From Octopus sinensis (taxonomy: Eukaryota), in the NCBI RefSeq assembly GCF_006345805.1, contig NW_021835751.1:1-48505 (forward strand): a stretch of 48,505 bases of DNA, written 5' to 3'. This document shows, in pieces, positions 25,401 through 37,211 of the stretch (positions are counted from its first letter, which is position 1; the number at the start of each line of letters is the position of its first letter). Under the pieces are notes generated by a model, which worked only from the letters and a program-made list of their open reading frames with translations, ran no database searches and was not told the origin of the DNA. The translations under genes and the position numbers were made by a program.

Positions 25401-26054
25401 CCCTCCATCTTTTGCTCTGCAATAAGTACGGCTTGAGGCGGTCCAGAAAGTTGCGAAACCCGAGTCAATATCGGTGTGTGAGAACTCGCGGGTGTGCATT
25501 AAGGTGGATACCCCCATACGCACCTCGATTGTTGTCCAGCACAACAGACCCGACATTGTGGTCCACGATAAGGTCACCGGGGAGATTGTTATCGTGGAGG
25601 TGGGCATCACGTGCCTAGACCGTTTGCAGATAGTGGAAGTGGAGAAAAGGAGGAAGTATGACCTCCTTGCAAACGAGCTAGGACTGATGCACCAGTGCAA
25701 AGTCCATGTCATCCGTGTGTGATGACATGGGATGGACTGGTCACCAAATACCACAAGCGGTACTTAAGACAGTTGGATGTAGATAAGTCTCTACAGGCTT
25801 ATATACAGTCAACTGTTCTTAAGAGGACTCTGGAGAGTGTCTCGTTTGATGCTCGCCGATCCAGCCCTTTCCTGACGTTTAGTCAGCAAGAGGCGCTGGA
25901 CTGCACCTTCTCGAAGGTCTACAGTGCCAGAGAAGAGGAGGAAGAAGGGGAGGAGGTGCGTGGAGTGCCGCCTTCTGCTCACTTCGAAGGCTCTGGACTT
26001 AGTTAGTAAAATTACTTAGTTAATTAGTTTCTTTCTTAATAAAAAAAAAAAAAA
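22500..26054 (+). mobile_element. Near full-length R4/Dong-like RLE non-LTR retrotransposon with multiple frameshifts
   Basis: KTPGVD..YRPITCMPNLYK..VDVKKAYDS..GDSMSPLLF..MFIDD..YKYLG, CCHC finger (C..C..TVDH..C..RHN), RPDIV..IVEVG..K.RKYD and an A14 tail at 26041-26054. 5' limit approximate. Confidence 0.9.
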
Positions 26055-26700
26055 GTTTGGAACAACAATACTTTAAGTCAAATATTGCGGAGTAGTCTTG
26101 CTTGCTGCAGGCTCTAAAAGAACAACGAAATTTAAACATAGAAGTAATTAATGTACTAATTTTTTTAATCCTGTAGATAAAGATGGAGTCGATAAAATCG
26201 AAGCTTTTTCGAAAAATATAATAGCAGGATTTTCGGGAAATGTCAAACTTAGTACACGGATTTGCGAGGAATTAAGGTATCATCGATATAAAATAGCTTT
26301 AGAACTATGCGCTCACCCAGTACCACTGATATCCGGAATACATTTAAAAAATGTAAAAAATCAATCGCGTTTGTGTATTTAATTTGTTGTTATATTTTAG
26401 AAAATCCTTTTTGTGGAGACAGTGTAGGGAGTTGTCATCCGTGTTGATATATTCCTGTTATAATTCAGTCAAAGAAGATGTTTTTTCTATCGGATCTGTC
26501 ACAAAAATATGTTTACCAGTACAAATCATTGTATATATTTTTAATAATCAATATTTTAGATTTTGCAAGAATAAAAATCGCTCTTTCAGGAATGCGCTAT
26601 CTCTGGCACACAATTGTCTGGAGTTCGCCTCTTGGAAGAGCACAAGTACTGGAAAGAATTTAAATAGTAAGAAAGTATTTTTTAACTATTTAGTCTGGTC
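26055..26700 (+). pseudogene. Proteasome beta-like paralog C
   Basis: FGTTIL*VKYCGVVLLAAGSKRTT..(intron)..DKIEAFSKNIIAGFSGNV..SIGSV..ALSLAHNCLEFA. Intron positions match paralog A. Stop at 26074-26076, and the 5' end abuts the retrotransposon poly(A). Confidence 0.7.
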
Positions 26701-27399
26701 TATAACGTAAAAGGGCTGTGTCTTTAAGGGTTAGAATTGAGAGAGTTGACAGAATTAAGAGATTATTCAAAATTGAGTTGAAAATTGAGTTTTAAAAACA
26801 AAAAACTCTAGAAACCGAAACCTTTGATGCAAGGGTGTCAAACGAATTTTGTGCCTTTTCTATTGAGGAATTGGTGACATTGCAAGAGATAAGTGGCAAA
26901 GGATAATGCAGATAAAGTCACAATCGGCCGTGTGGACGTCATCAAAAAATCCAAAAAGCGATCCAAAATCTAAAAATGTTGACAATATCAACAATGTTTT
27001 ATCTTTTCTCGACAATTTAAAAAAAGTTAAAAATTCGTCTTTTAGTTACCAGACAAGCCTCTCTAAACTTGCCTACAAAGACGCCTGTAAGTAATCCAGT
27101 GGCCAGGAGTGTCTACAGGTAACAAAATTTGAATTCTACCTCTAAATGGGAAGACTGCCATAGACTGCTGGATGCAAAAATATAAAAGCACTCATCTGGG
27201 GTGTTTATTAGGGCAATCAAGGTCACTCCGTGAGTAGTAAAAATAATCTGGATAGTCCAAACATGTCAGAATATCTCGAAAAACACGGTAAAATTTGTCA
27301 AAGCAGCAAAGTCCATATTAAAACTTAAGTTTACACGTTGACATGGATCATTTCACGGATAAAATAAAATCTGTCGAGTTTCTAAAATCAAAAAAAACT

Positions 27400-29925
27400 A
27401 TTTCAACGCCTTTATGTTTCACTTTTTGCTTTGATTTACTGCATTTTTGTGGGCCTTTTTCAACTTCCTCCACTGAAAACAATCCCTTCCTCACCGCCAT
27501 CTCACTGGGGACTCTTATCTGACTCCATGCAGTAACAATTCTATCCTGCCTCTGGTACGTCGAATTGGACAGAATATGCAATTACTCCTTTGTAAGTACA
27601 CCTCTCATACATTTTGTTAGACTAGTCAGGAGGAGGCCTCTCACGTGCTGGCTACCCCTAACCCCAATAAGGGTACTAAACCAATTGCAAGTCCTCCATT
27701 ATATTTATAGCTTTCAAATGACAAAAATGGCCGATATTTTATATATATTAAAGTCAAATTTATTTTTAATCCCATTTCTCAACAATTCGTCATCCCCAGA
27801 CACCCCGATGCCCAACTTGTGCTACGTGACTGTCGCCTTCCTCCACCGATTCAAAGTCAGGACGAGATTGACCAACTGAGTTGGTTTTTTGACCAGAACT
27901 AAATGACCATCGACCTTCCAGATTTCAAAAGTGTGTTTTTGGAGAAGGCAACATCTCCCTTCTTCGTTTTTCAGTCAATCTGCATGCCGTTGTGATGTCT
28001 GGATGAGTATTGGCCATTCCCCCCTCATCTCCCTCGTTACCCTCGAGGCCATCAATTCTGTGCAATAACTTGGTTACATGAAAGAAATAAGGCAATTGGG
28101 GAATTGTAGAAAAGCAGTAAAAGTATTTCGATTCGGAAAGTGATTCTCAATATCCTCGACTCTGCTTGAGGGATGTGGTCTTTATTAGTTATTCCACCCT
28201 TCTAATCGGCAAAAACTCAACTGGCCACCATTCCTTGTGATCTTCCCCTCCTCCACTGCTCCTGTGTCACCAGCGAGGCTTTACTGACGGGGGAATCTCT
28301 TCCAGTCATGAAAGTATTTCCAAACTCTCATTTTAAGGAACCAATTGACTTTTCAGTGGATGAGTTTGATGTTAATAGTCACGGAAAACTGCATTTGCTT
28401 TATTCAGGATCGACACCACCATGACGGGCCACTTCCTTTGGGTTGTACAAGCGCTGTCTTTGTGTTGTGACCCGTATTAAATTCTCCACATTTTCAGAGA
28501 CGTCTTTTCAAGATAATTCTTTAAAACGCCCAGAACAGCCATCTTCATAGCTCGGACTCATTCTATCTTATTATCCTCCTTCTCGGCTTCGGTATCTCCG
28601 CTGCCATCCACGTGTGGGTCTTTGGTTGTGTTTTAAGGAATATTCCAGTCTCAGAAGAATATGGCAACAAACAGTACAAACTGCTTTTGAAATGCATGTT
28701 CATTCTAGCATCAATTCTGCCTTCTGAACTTCCCCTCGAACTGACTATGGCAGTCAATGCCAGGCTCAGGTCTCTTTCCAAACTGGATATTCTTCTGAGT
28801 TGAGACAAAGGAATATTTTGCACTGATTCACACAAAATTCCCTTTGCGGGGAGAACTGGAATTCCTAGTTTTAACAAGACGGGGACACTTACAAGCGAAC
28901 AATTCATTCTGGCAGGAGTCAACGGCCTCAAACTCTCTCCATTGAAGTGAGGTCTAGTAATTCGGCAACTCTCCTGTGCTCCTCTGACGACTGTCCTGAC
29001 AATCTTCTGGTGGCCATTGCTTCCTGCAAGTCCCTCTACATTCACAACAACACGATCGTCGTAGATGTCTTCGAAAAGGCTCTCCTTGAGTTCACTGACT
29101 AAATTACCTACAAAAGTGTGATTTTATTTGTAATGTTAGATAAAGTGTCCCTCCAACGTGGAAGGGGAAGAACGATTCCTCCACGACTCGAGATTGTTCG
29201 GAGATTTCATTTTAGTTCGACTTTGCGTAGAATGACAGTTATTGGTCATTTTATTCCACGAAATTCCAACGTGACAAAATATTTCATCGCCGTCAAAGGT
29301 GTCCCTGAAGCACTCAAGGATTGTGTATACGTCCTGTCTAACCATAGTTTGCCTCTATTCCCCCGATTATGACAAGATTGTGAAACAGAAGATGTCCCTC
29401 AGTTACCGACTGTTAGCCATTGGGTACCGTCTTTGTGATAAATGTCCCCAAAACGACTTTCAGTCCAGTTGGAGTTTTGTGGATTCGTCAATTTTTCGTC
29501 CGAGATAAAGTCTGATTCATTCAGCACTGTTGGCCAGTTACAGCAGTCGTCTCGTCATATGCGAATTGTGGACTATTTTTTAGGTTATGATGATCGCTGG
29601 AGACAGTCTTCATACTGCCTGCTACGTCGCCTCACGACTTGGAATAACACGGAGTGGTCCCAAAGTCCTCTTCAAAGGTCCACTTGTTGTGATATAGTAG
29701 ATGATTGAGAGAAATTAGTATTCGGGTTATCTGTCCAGGAAGCAGAGTATTCTGAGACGAATTTGGAATGCTTTGAGTAGTCGTGGAGGGAGTAGTCGGT
29801 TTGTATGACAGGAAACATACAATTCACATTGTTTCCGTCTGATGTCCGTAGGCCTTGATATTATTATTCAGATTGGTATTGCCTCACGTGTGTGTTTACA
29901 AAAACTGACCCAAAACAAAAAGTGA
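27400..29925 (+). pseudogene. ATP13A1: P5A-type ATPase (ATP13A1/Spf1) pseudogene
   Basis: LEKATSPFFVFQ..L*CLDEYW, EALLTGESLPVMKEPI, LPSELPLELTMAVN, IPFAG..FNKTGTLT (D of DKTGT replaced by N), RRFHFSSTLRRM, KGVPE, MIAGDS..TAC.VA and PKQK. Contains stops and frameshifts; C-terminal helices not found. Confidence 0.9.
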
Positions 29926-30049
29926 TTCCTTTAACCGGGCCACACTCAAGGAGATGATCTCTGAAATCAGTGGAAAATAGATATTAGTACAAAGCTGGAC
30001 GCCGCCAGGAAATGGCAGAAGGCTTGTAAAACTTTAACCACAAAACCCA

Positions 30050-30900
30050 AACTTCTGGGACTGTTCTGAGAAAAAAATGTTACGTGGTCCAAAAGAGTTT
30101 TGAGCCCCCAAATTCGTCCCAATCACCAAGAAATGTACAAATATCACATAAAAACACTACGATACTGCAGTAGTGATCAATTACGTAAATAATCATCATC
30201 TGCACTGCCAATTCGAGTTAAATGTCGTTCGAAGTACTACAGTGCCTGGGAGTAAAGTCCACACTCATATGCTGCCTTCCCCAACTTGTAGAGACAACAA
30301 TACTCGATTGTAACACTCCCTAGCTGTTCCTGTCCAGTGTTTTGGAAAACAGTTCACATTGTGTTGTAGAATCCGATGACTACTTGATGGAGTGATTTGT
30401 CGCACTGGGAGTTGAGTATTGCGCTAAATTCTCGAATGATCTGTCAATTGTCATTTATAACCAACCGACTCTTTGAGAGTAGTCGTAAAATCAAAAATGG
30501 CAGCAATTTTCAAATAATACAGAAAAAACGTGATCAGGTCGGTAGAGTTGTGGAGGATTGACATTAGAATGTCCACTAGTGACCGAATTTGAAGAGTTTT
30601 TGTGTTTTGGGCCAAAAAACAAATCACCCAATTTAATACAAGCTCAGTCGAACTTGGTTGTTGTATTGCTCGAACTTTCGAATTTAATTTATCCACAAGA
30701 TATATACAATTCACATATATGAACCACAAAACTAAAAGATCTTTTACAAGTCCTCTAAATATCCCGACTTCTCCTCAGAAACGACAACCTCTTACAAATT
30801 CTCTTTCCATACTATTAAACGAGATAATCCCGGCAATTATCAAACACACCCACTCCAAACCCTTCCGATCTCTAATATTCAATGTTTCGGCCTGTCAATC
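30050..30900 (-). pseudogene. PIKK (ATR/TOR-like) remnant, FAT-adjacent region
   Basis: KLGKAAYECGLYSQAL*YFERHL (30222-30290) resembles the ATR/TOR LA.A...C.AY..AL.Y.E motif, followed by FLCDICTFLGDWDEFGG. The rest is weak. Confidence 0.4.
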
Positions 30901-31155
30901 TTGTTTGCCGTAGTGGATTGAATATTTCATTTGGTGTAATTGTGTGTATTATAGGTAACAAATCTAGCAATGCCTTGGGGAAGCTTTTCTAACGAGCCTG
31001 CCACAATACTCAAAATAGTAAATAATTAACATTTAGGAGACGTAATTCTAAATATTATAAAATTAAGTTGTAATATTTTTCTAATAATTTTTTAAATATA
31101 TATTAAAATTATTTTAATAAATTTTGTTTCCTTTGTTGTTGTTGTACTTTTTTAA

Positions 31156-31855
31156 ATGGAATTTCATTTTAGCTCAATAGATAACATAACAGGCTGATTG
31201 TTTTTTAATTACGCTGTTAGATTATGCGCAGGAAGAATTATTGAAAATTAGTGATAAATTTCATCTTAACTCAAGAGAAAACACAACAGGCTGATTGTTT
31301 TTTAATTACGCTGTTAGATTATACGGAGGAAGAATTATTGAAAATTGATATATTTGATCTTGACTCAAGAAAAAACACAACAGGCTGATTGTTTTTTAAT
31401 TACGCTGTTAGGTTATACGCTTGAAGAATTATTGAAAATTCATGATAAATTGAGTGCTCCGCGATGAAGTTACATTTCACTTTTCCAGTCCTGAAATTCA
31501 ACATTTGCTGTCACTTAGCGACAGAGTGAATATAAAAAATAACAACCGTCTCCACGAGAGAGTCACAGCAGCAACATTCGGAGGTGAAGAGCTTGGAAGA
31601 TGCGTATATTGTGGCAGGCTCATTCGAAAAGCTTCCCCAAGTACAGTTGTACTTTGTGAGGATTATCCCGGACATATTCGTTGCCTAAGATTTGTGAATG
31701 GAGATGACCATTTTTTAATGTATTCAAAATCCGAACAAGAAAAGGTCGTAAATTTTTTTCCCAAAAAAGATAAGCTCGCAAAATTTTTTTCCGAACCAGA
31801 TAACGTCGCAACATTTCTTTACTACCAAGAAAAAGCCAAATTATTTGGTTATTGA
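31156..31855 (+). CDS. Orphan Cys/His-rich gene with repeated N-terminal exons; one frameshift near 31452
   Basis: ATG at 31156, three identical 28-nt GC-AG phase-1 introns, then ORF 31454-31855 with CVYCG-x13-C...GHIRC. Confidence 0.5.
31188..31445 (+). repeat. Tandem repeat, about 2.7 units of 97/94 bp
   Basis: AACAGGCTGATTGTTTTTTAATTACGCTGTTAG at 31188, 31285 and 31379. Confidence 0.95.
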
Positions 31856-33440
31856 TAATTGGTTTAATAAATTTCATTGGTTTTGTTTAATAAATTTCAT
31901 GGTTTAATTGAGAAATTAATTTACTTCCTTCCTTGTAGAATGTTTTTTCCATGATGTTTCAGATCTGAGTGATATCTAAAATCAATTATTTCCAATTGTA
32001 AGTTAGCGGCAAGATGAAACATATTTGCGGTGAATGTGATCAAAAAACACTCATTTCTTTTTCAAATTCACTTTAAAAAGTGTCTCAAATTGTCAGAAAT
32101 CATGTTATTTCCTTTTTTATCGATTCATATCAGCATTCGAAGTGCGGGAAATTACACTTTTTAAGAGAGAGTGAATTTGTTGATTATGGATATAATGAAA
32201 ATTATGAGCTAATTGAATATTTGAAAACAAGCATTCAAATAGAGTTCAATCATTTTATTGAATAATCTAAAACGTACAGTTGGGTTGGTATGTTTGACTC
32301 TTCTATAACTGAACACCTGAACTGCAGTGCTGAAACTAGTACCGAACCTGTAAAAAGTACGGTCATGGAGGATATCCAGCCTCGTTCTGTTGATGAAAGT
32401 TCAAGTCTCCTCTATTTGGGAACGAACTTTAAAATTGAATGCGTTGAAGTGGAAAATCCGTAGTTCTCGGCGCTCTGATGTAGGGATTTTTGCCTATGCG
32501 GGTTCTTGATAGCTGCAAACATTTTACTGATTTAACTCATCAATTGAAATTTCCTGAACTTTATTAATGTCTCTAGCATATTGAAGACAAATTTCTAAAC
32601 TCATACTCATATTGTAAAAAATTTTGTGATCTACGAAGACGGGTGCTACATCTCTTATAGGCCATATGATATCCCGAAATTTTCAAGACTGTTAAAGAAA
32701 ACCTAATCAAATCTTTATTTTGAGGATTCGCTCTAATCAGAATCTAATCCGACACGGAATCAAACGATTAACACTAAATCCTTATAAAATTTACACATAT
32801 CTTTACTTTAAAGTGATTAAATCTCCATTTCTAACTCAGCAGGTAAGAAAAAAACTAAAAATCAACGGAAAAGCATGCGTCTTTATTTAAACAGATAAAA
32901 ATTCCTGTTTCTTTGCAAGAATACGCATCTTCTCCACTTAATTGTAAGAAATCGCCAACAGCTTTTCCTTCTTCCACTTTCCGGACTTCTTTTGACCCCA
33001 ATCTCTGAATCGGAGTACTCACAAAACCCAGTAGAGAGCATTCTCTAGAAAACCGACACTCAAATCTACAATTGCCTTTATTTGACTGGTCGTTGTATAA
33101 ACTGTAATTACCTTATTTGGTCCTTATTTTTCTTATTTCGTTCATTCGGTCTTTTGGATTACATGGAATTTACAATCGGAAACTTGCGATTAATTTTTTA
33201 ATTTTATATTTTATGTGGAATAGAAAACTTGCAAATTGAGCATTCGTTGGTAACTCGTTTTATAATTTCCCGTTTTATTGTATAATAAGAGAGTAAACAT
33301 TCATGTTGCTGTTTACGAATTCCAGAATGGCTATTTCGATGAATAGAATCTGCAATAGTTTGCATTTCACTCTCATTATCTATGAAAATAAATAGTTTGT
33401 GCTTTTAAAATTTTTCGTTTTTGAGGTAATATGACATAAT

Positions 33441-33811
33441 ATCTCGCCCCCAATCTGGCGACTATTGCGACCATCATTGTTGGCAGGACCTACATAGTTT
33501 GACACTAATTACTGACTAAAAATGATTGTTAAAAATTTAAAAACTTCACATTTTTTAACTCTATTCATAGTAACTATTTTAAATAAAGACTTTGAATTAG
33601 GAATTGAAAATACTGATCATCAATTATCATAAATTGATTCGCTTTTTTTATAAGTTTGTATTTTCAAATTTCAATTTTTACGGGTTTTTGAAGTAGTAAA
33701 TGTACAAGATTTTGGTATTCACTACCATTTTTCACCTAAGGATTGAGACTACACTATGTAGGTCACGCCGTCAACAAAAAGGTCGCTCGCTCACCAGCGT
33801 GGGGCGCGACA
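33441..33811. mobile_element. MITE with about 70-bp imperfect TIRs, TGT-type end (Ginger-like?)
   Basis: Left end ..CTCGCCCC..GCGACC..TTGTTG..GACCTACATAGT matches the reverse complement of the right end (TGTCGCGCCCC..GCGACC..TTGTTG..GACCTACATAGT). Possible 4-bp TSD TAAT. Confidence 0.6.
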
Positions 33812-34199
33812 TAATATAATAAATATATGCTATCGTCAACTCAAAACATATCTTATTCTATAATGGGTTTAATATATAAGTAAGATAAGTTTGTATATTT
33901 TTATTTACTAAAAAGTAGAAAAACATTAATTATTTTGTAGCATATGATGTCGATGTGGCGGCCAGTAGGACAACCTATAATTAGTCTATGCAAGTCTCTG
34001 CCCCCAAACACTGTGATTTTTGACGGACGGTGATCACACTCGTTTATTCGTAGAGTCAATTTCGAGATTACCACGGCTTCTGTTCAAATAGGGAATAAAA
34101 GAATGGACCACTTTTCTGCAAACTTGCCAGTCTCAACTCCCTCCAATCGACCTCAGATGACTGACACAGTCTCACTCATCCAAGAAGCGTTTTCACAAC

Positions 34200-35850
34200 T
34201 TGTACTTCTCAAATTTTACTAGACAGGCAAACTGGATGGCTGGGGAGACTTTGTTGAACTCTGTTTTAACCATTCCTGGACTTTTAGAACAGCAGACTGT
34301 CCATTCCAGTCTTTTTCTCCATTTTTTGAACGTTTATAAGTCGATTGTGTCATTTCTATGTAATCTGGCGACAGTGGTGAATTATACGAATATTGTCTCC
34401 CTTCTTTTTATATTTTAGGATGTATTGCCCGACCATTTGCTTTGGTCACCACAAGAGAACAGTCTCCATGATTCACTTGAGTTTATTGGAGAATATATTC
34501 GCGAATCGGGAAACAGCGAAGTGAGTTTTTTTTGCATATTTGAGGACGAGGGACAACTTTTTCTTTCCAATGTACTTTCAGTTGTGAAAGATTTGGCCTC
34601 ATTTGAAAGCCAAACTAATAAAGTCTAAGTTCTGTGCCAATCAGACAGATTGACTTGTTATACTTTCAATCGCCTGCATTCGAAAAAACAGTCAAGTCGA
34701 TCACTGACAGTCTTCTCCTGCTGGTCGGGAATGAGGGAACTAAGAGTCACTATTTCGTGTTGTATCAGAGTTGTTGTGCTTTACACGGATTGTTAATTTT
34801 TCTCAACTCGGATACGACGGCTCTTCATTCTTTTTGGTCGCTGACTGTATTATAAATCTGATTAATCCAGACAAACCTGGATGCTCTTCCAAAAAGTCGT
34901 TTTAGTCTCATTTTTTATATTTTGGCAAAGGTTGGAAGTAATGGCTATTTCGACAGAGCAGAATGTTTAATCAACTGGAATCTGTGCTGAGGAGTGGACT
35001 GTCTGGCAATATTTTGACTGGAGTCATCCGATCTCATTTCAAAATTCATTTCGAGCCATTCGATAGTTACTTCAAATTTTTAGAAAATTCGGAAAATGAG
35101 TTGTCCGTGCACGTGGCTTGTCATGTTAAATAATTTAGTGGTCAAATGGGGGTATTGATGGGGAATATTGGCTGTATTGCATTACTACAATGAAGGTGTC
35201 ACTACTCAGAAACGCAGTGAATGATGGCTTGTTTGTTACACACGAAATGCCGAGTCTTTTCTTGTAAAGGTCTTATTTATAATATTAGTGTTCTCTATCA
35301 TGTCCTTTTTCCACGTCTTGCCAGTTATTGTCAACATTTTCTAACGAGATACGAGATTATTGGAGTCGACAAGTGGATATGTTCAGGGCATACATTTTGG
35401 GATATCAAGCTTGCTTTATTGTTGAGTGTTGGATTGATTTGTAGGTGACCTGCTATCTTATATTCGAGGGGATTCTGCGTGAACCACAGTTTGAGCACAC
35501 CACCAACCAAAAAATGTTCGCCAAAAGATACTGCGAGTCACTCCCAGTCCTTCCACACAACTCGACTGAATATTCCACTATGACTGTCAGTTTGGGTGTA
35601 TATCCCAGACTGAGGTCGAATTATTGAGAAAGAAAGAGGGGACCGCTCTGTTGAATGTCGCACTCGACATGTTGAGGGAGGCAGTTCAGATAATTGAGGA
35701 CATCCCTCTGCAATATAAGTCTCTTGATGTAATCTGGTCTGTTTAGTGTGCTTAGTGTACTGTGCTTGTCGATGTGATGTCCTTTCTGAGCACTGATGTT
35801 GTGCGGGTGACTAATAAAGAAGCAAGGCCGAATGTAATTCTCGTGCATGA
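34200..35850 (+). pseudogene. Unidentified decayed host gene(s)
   Basis: Consecutive short protein-like ORFs with micro-intron-like breaks and stops. No family recognised. Confidence 0.25.
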
Positions 35851-35949
35851 TGCTTAGAATGTTGAGTTGGAGACAGGAGTGGTCTTATTTGTAAAACTTG
35901 GACTTATTGATACTACTTAATTGTGTCTTTATTTATTCAAGAATGTGAC

Positions 35950-37135
35950 CCTCCTCTAAAATTCCGAAAGTTACGACAAAGAATTTGAACTTAGAATATC
36001 CACGTGTTCGTGTCTAATGGAAAGCCGATTTTTCTTCGAGTGCGTTATTTATTCGTCTTATTTCTGTCCATTATGTTTAGGACACTGTGATAAATGGAAG
36101 GATTTGGGTCATTCTTAGACTTAATTCGTCAATAATCCCTTTCAGCACAGTCATCAGTTTGCTCCTGTTAATCGAGTTGAAGGCTTTTGATAGATCTAAT
36201 CTTAGAATGTGGGTGGCATTGCAATTTCTTTGATGTGTCGCACATGTCCATCTGTGACTCCATATTGCATTAGTTGTTGATCTTTATCTGAACCAACTTT
36301 GACTTTCTGGTAGGTATTTATAGCCTGGTTTTTATTCGTTCCAATAAAAGGTTAGCTAAGACTTTCCGTAGAGAATTTTATAATATAATTGGTCGTAGCT
36401 TTTTAACCGGTCTTATGGATTTCTTAGATTTTGGTATATCTGTTAGTAATCTCGAACCCCCAGAGGTAAATTTGAGTTAGTTGAAAACATTTCATTTATT
36501 AGTGTAGCGAGTTTTTCAAAAAAGAGTCAGGGACATATTTTAATAATTCTAAAGTTTATCATATGCTGTTTTTGCTTCAAGATTGTAATTAGTTCCTTGA
36601 GGGGTCTGGGCATTCCATTGACTGGATGGATTGCTGTTGTCACATTGGAAAGTTTTTTCCTGAGGGGCAACGTCTTCTCGATCATTAGTAGTTCTATATC
36701 TAAACTGACTTAATCTATTTGAATAAAATTTATTTTTCAAAATGTGTTGCAATTACCTCCGCTTGCTCCTCAGAATTCAGTAATGTCTTCCATTTTTATC
36801 CTTGATAATTATTCGTTCCCTTCGGTTTATGCATCGTAGTACACAAGCGGCCATATATACATTTGAGAATTATCTTTTAGTATGAGTACTTCATTTATTT
36901 TGCAGAGCAGATCTTCTTGATAAAGTGTATTGTCCAGTCTCCTGATTTTTCTACGGATTTTGTCTCTCTGCCCCTGAAGGGCTTTTCTCTTATTATAATC
37001 TTTTTCGTTTAGTTTCTTTGTATGGATTTCTTTTAAAGTCCTTTGCTAGTTTTGTTTGTACCGTCCAATCCGTACTGGCTGTCTTCCGCGTTTCTAAGTA
37101 CAGGCTTGCTGCTTCCTTTATTACGTGTTTTATGC
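35950..37135 (-). mobile_element. Decayed LINE reverse transcriptase fragment
   Basis: LRPIIL..LRKVL..LLLERI, YLPESQS.FR..RST..IWSHRW and LDLSKAF across frames. Confidence 0.7.
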
Positions 37136-37137
37136 CA

Positions 37138-37211
37138 GGTAATCTCCAATTTTAGTCATGGTATAAATCTCGACGTATAAGCAATAGATTTTAATTATTT
37201 TTTCATTTTTT
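37138..37211 (+). mobile_element. Isolated terminus of the Merlin-like family found at 47044-47478
   Basis: About 75 bp identical to the reverse complement of 47406-47480, starting GGTAATCTCCAATTTTAGTC. Confidence 0.6.

Noticed and set aside
31188-31445. CRISPR-like array (identical repeat with variable intervening segments)
   Set aside because: The intervening segments are homologous to each other, the context is eukaryotic, there are no cas genes, and the structure fits intron+exon duplication.
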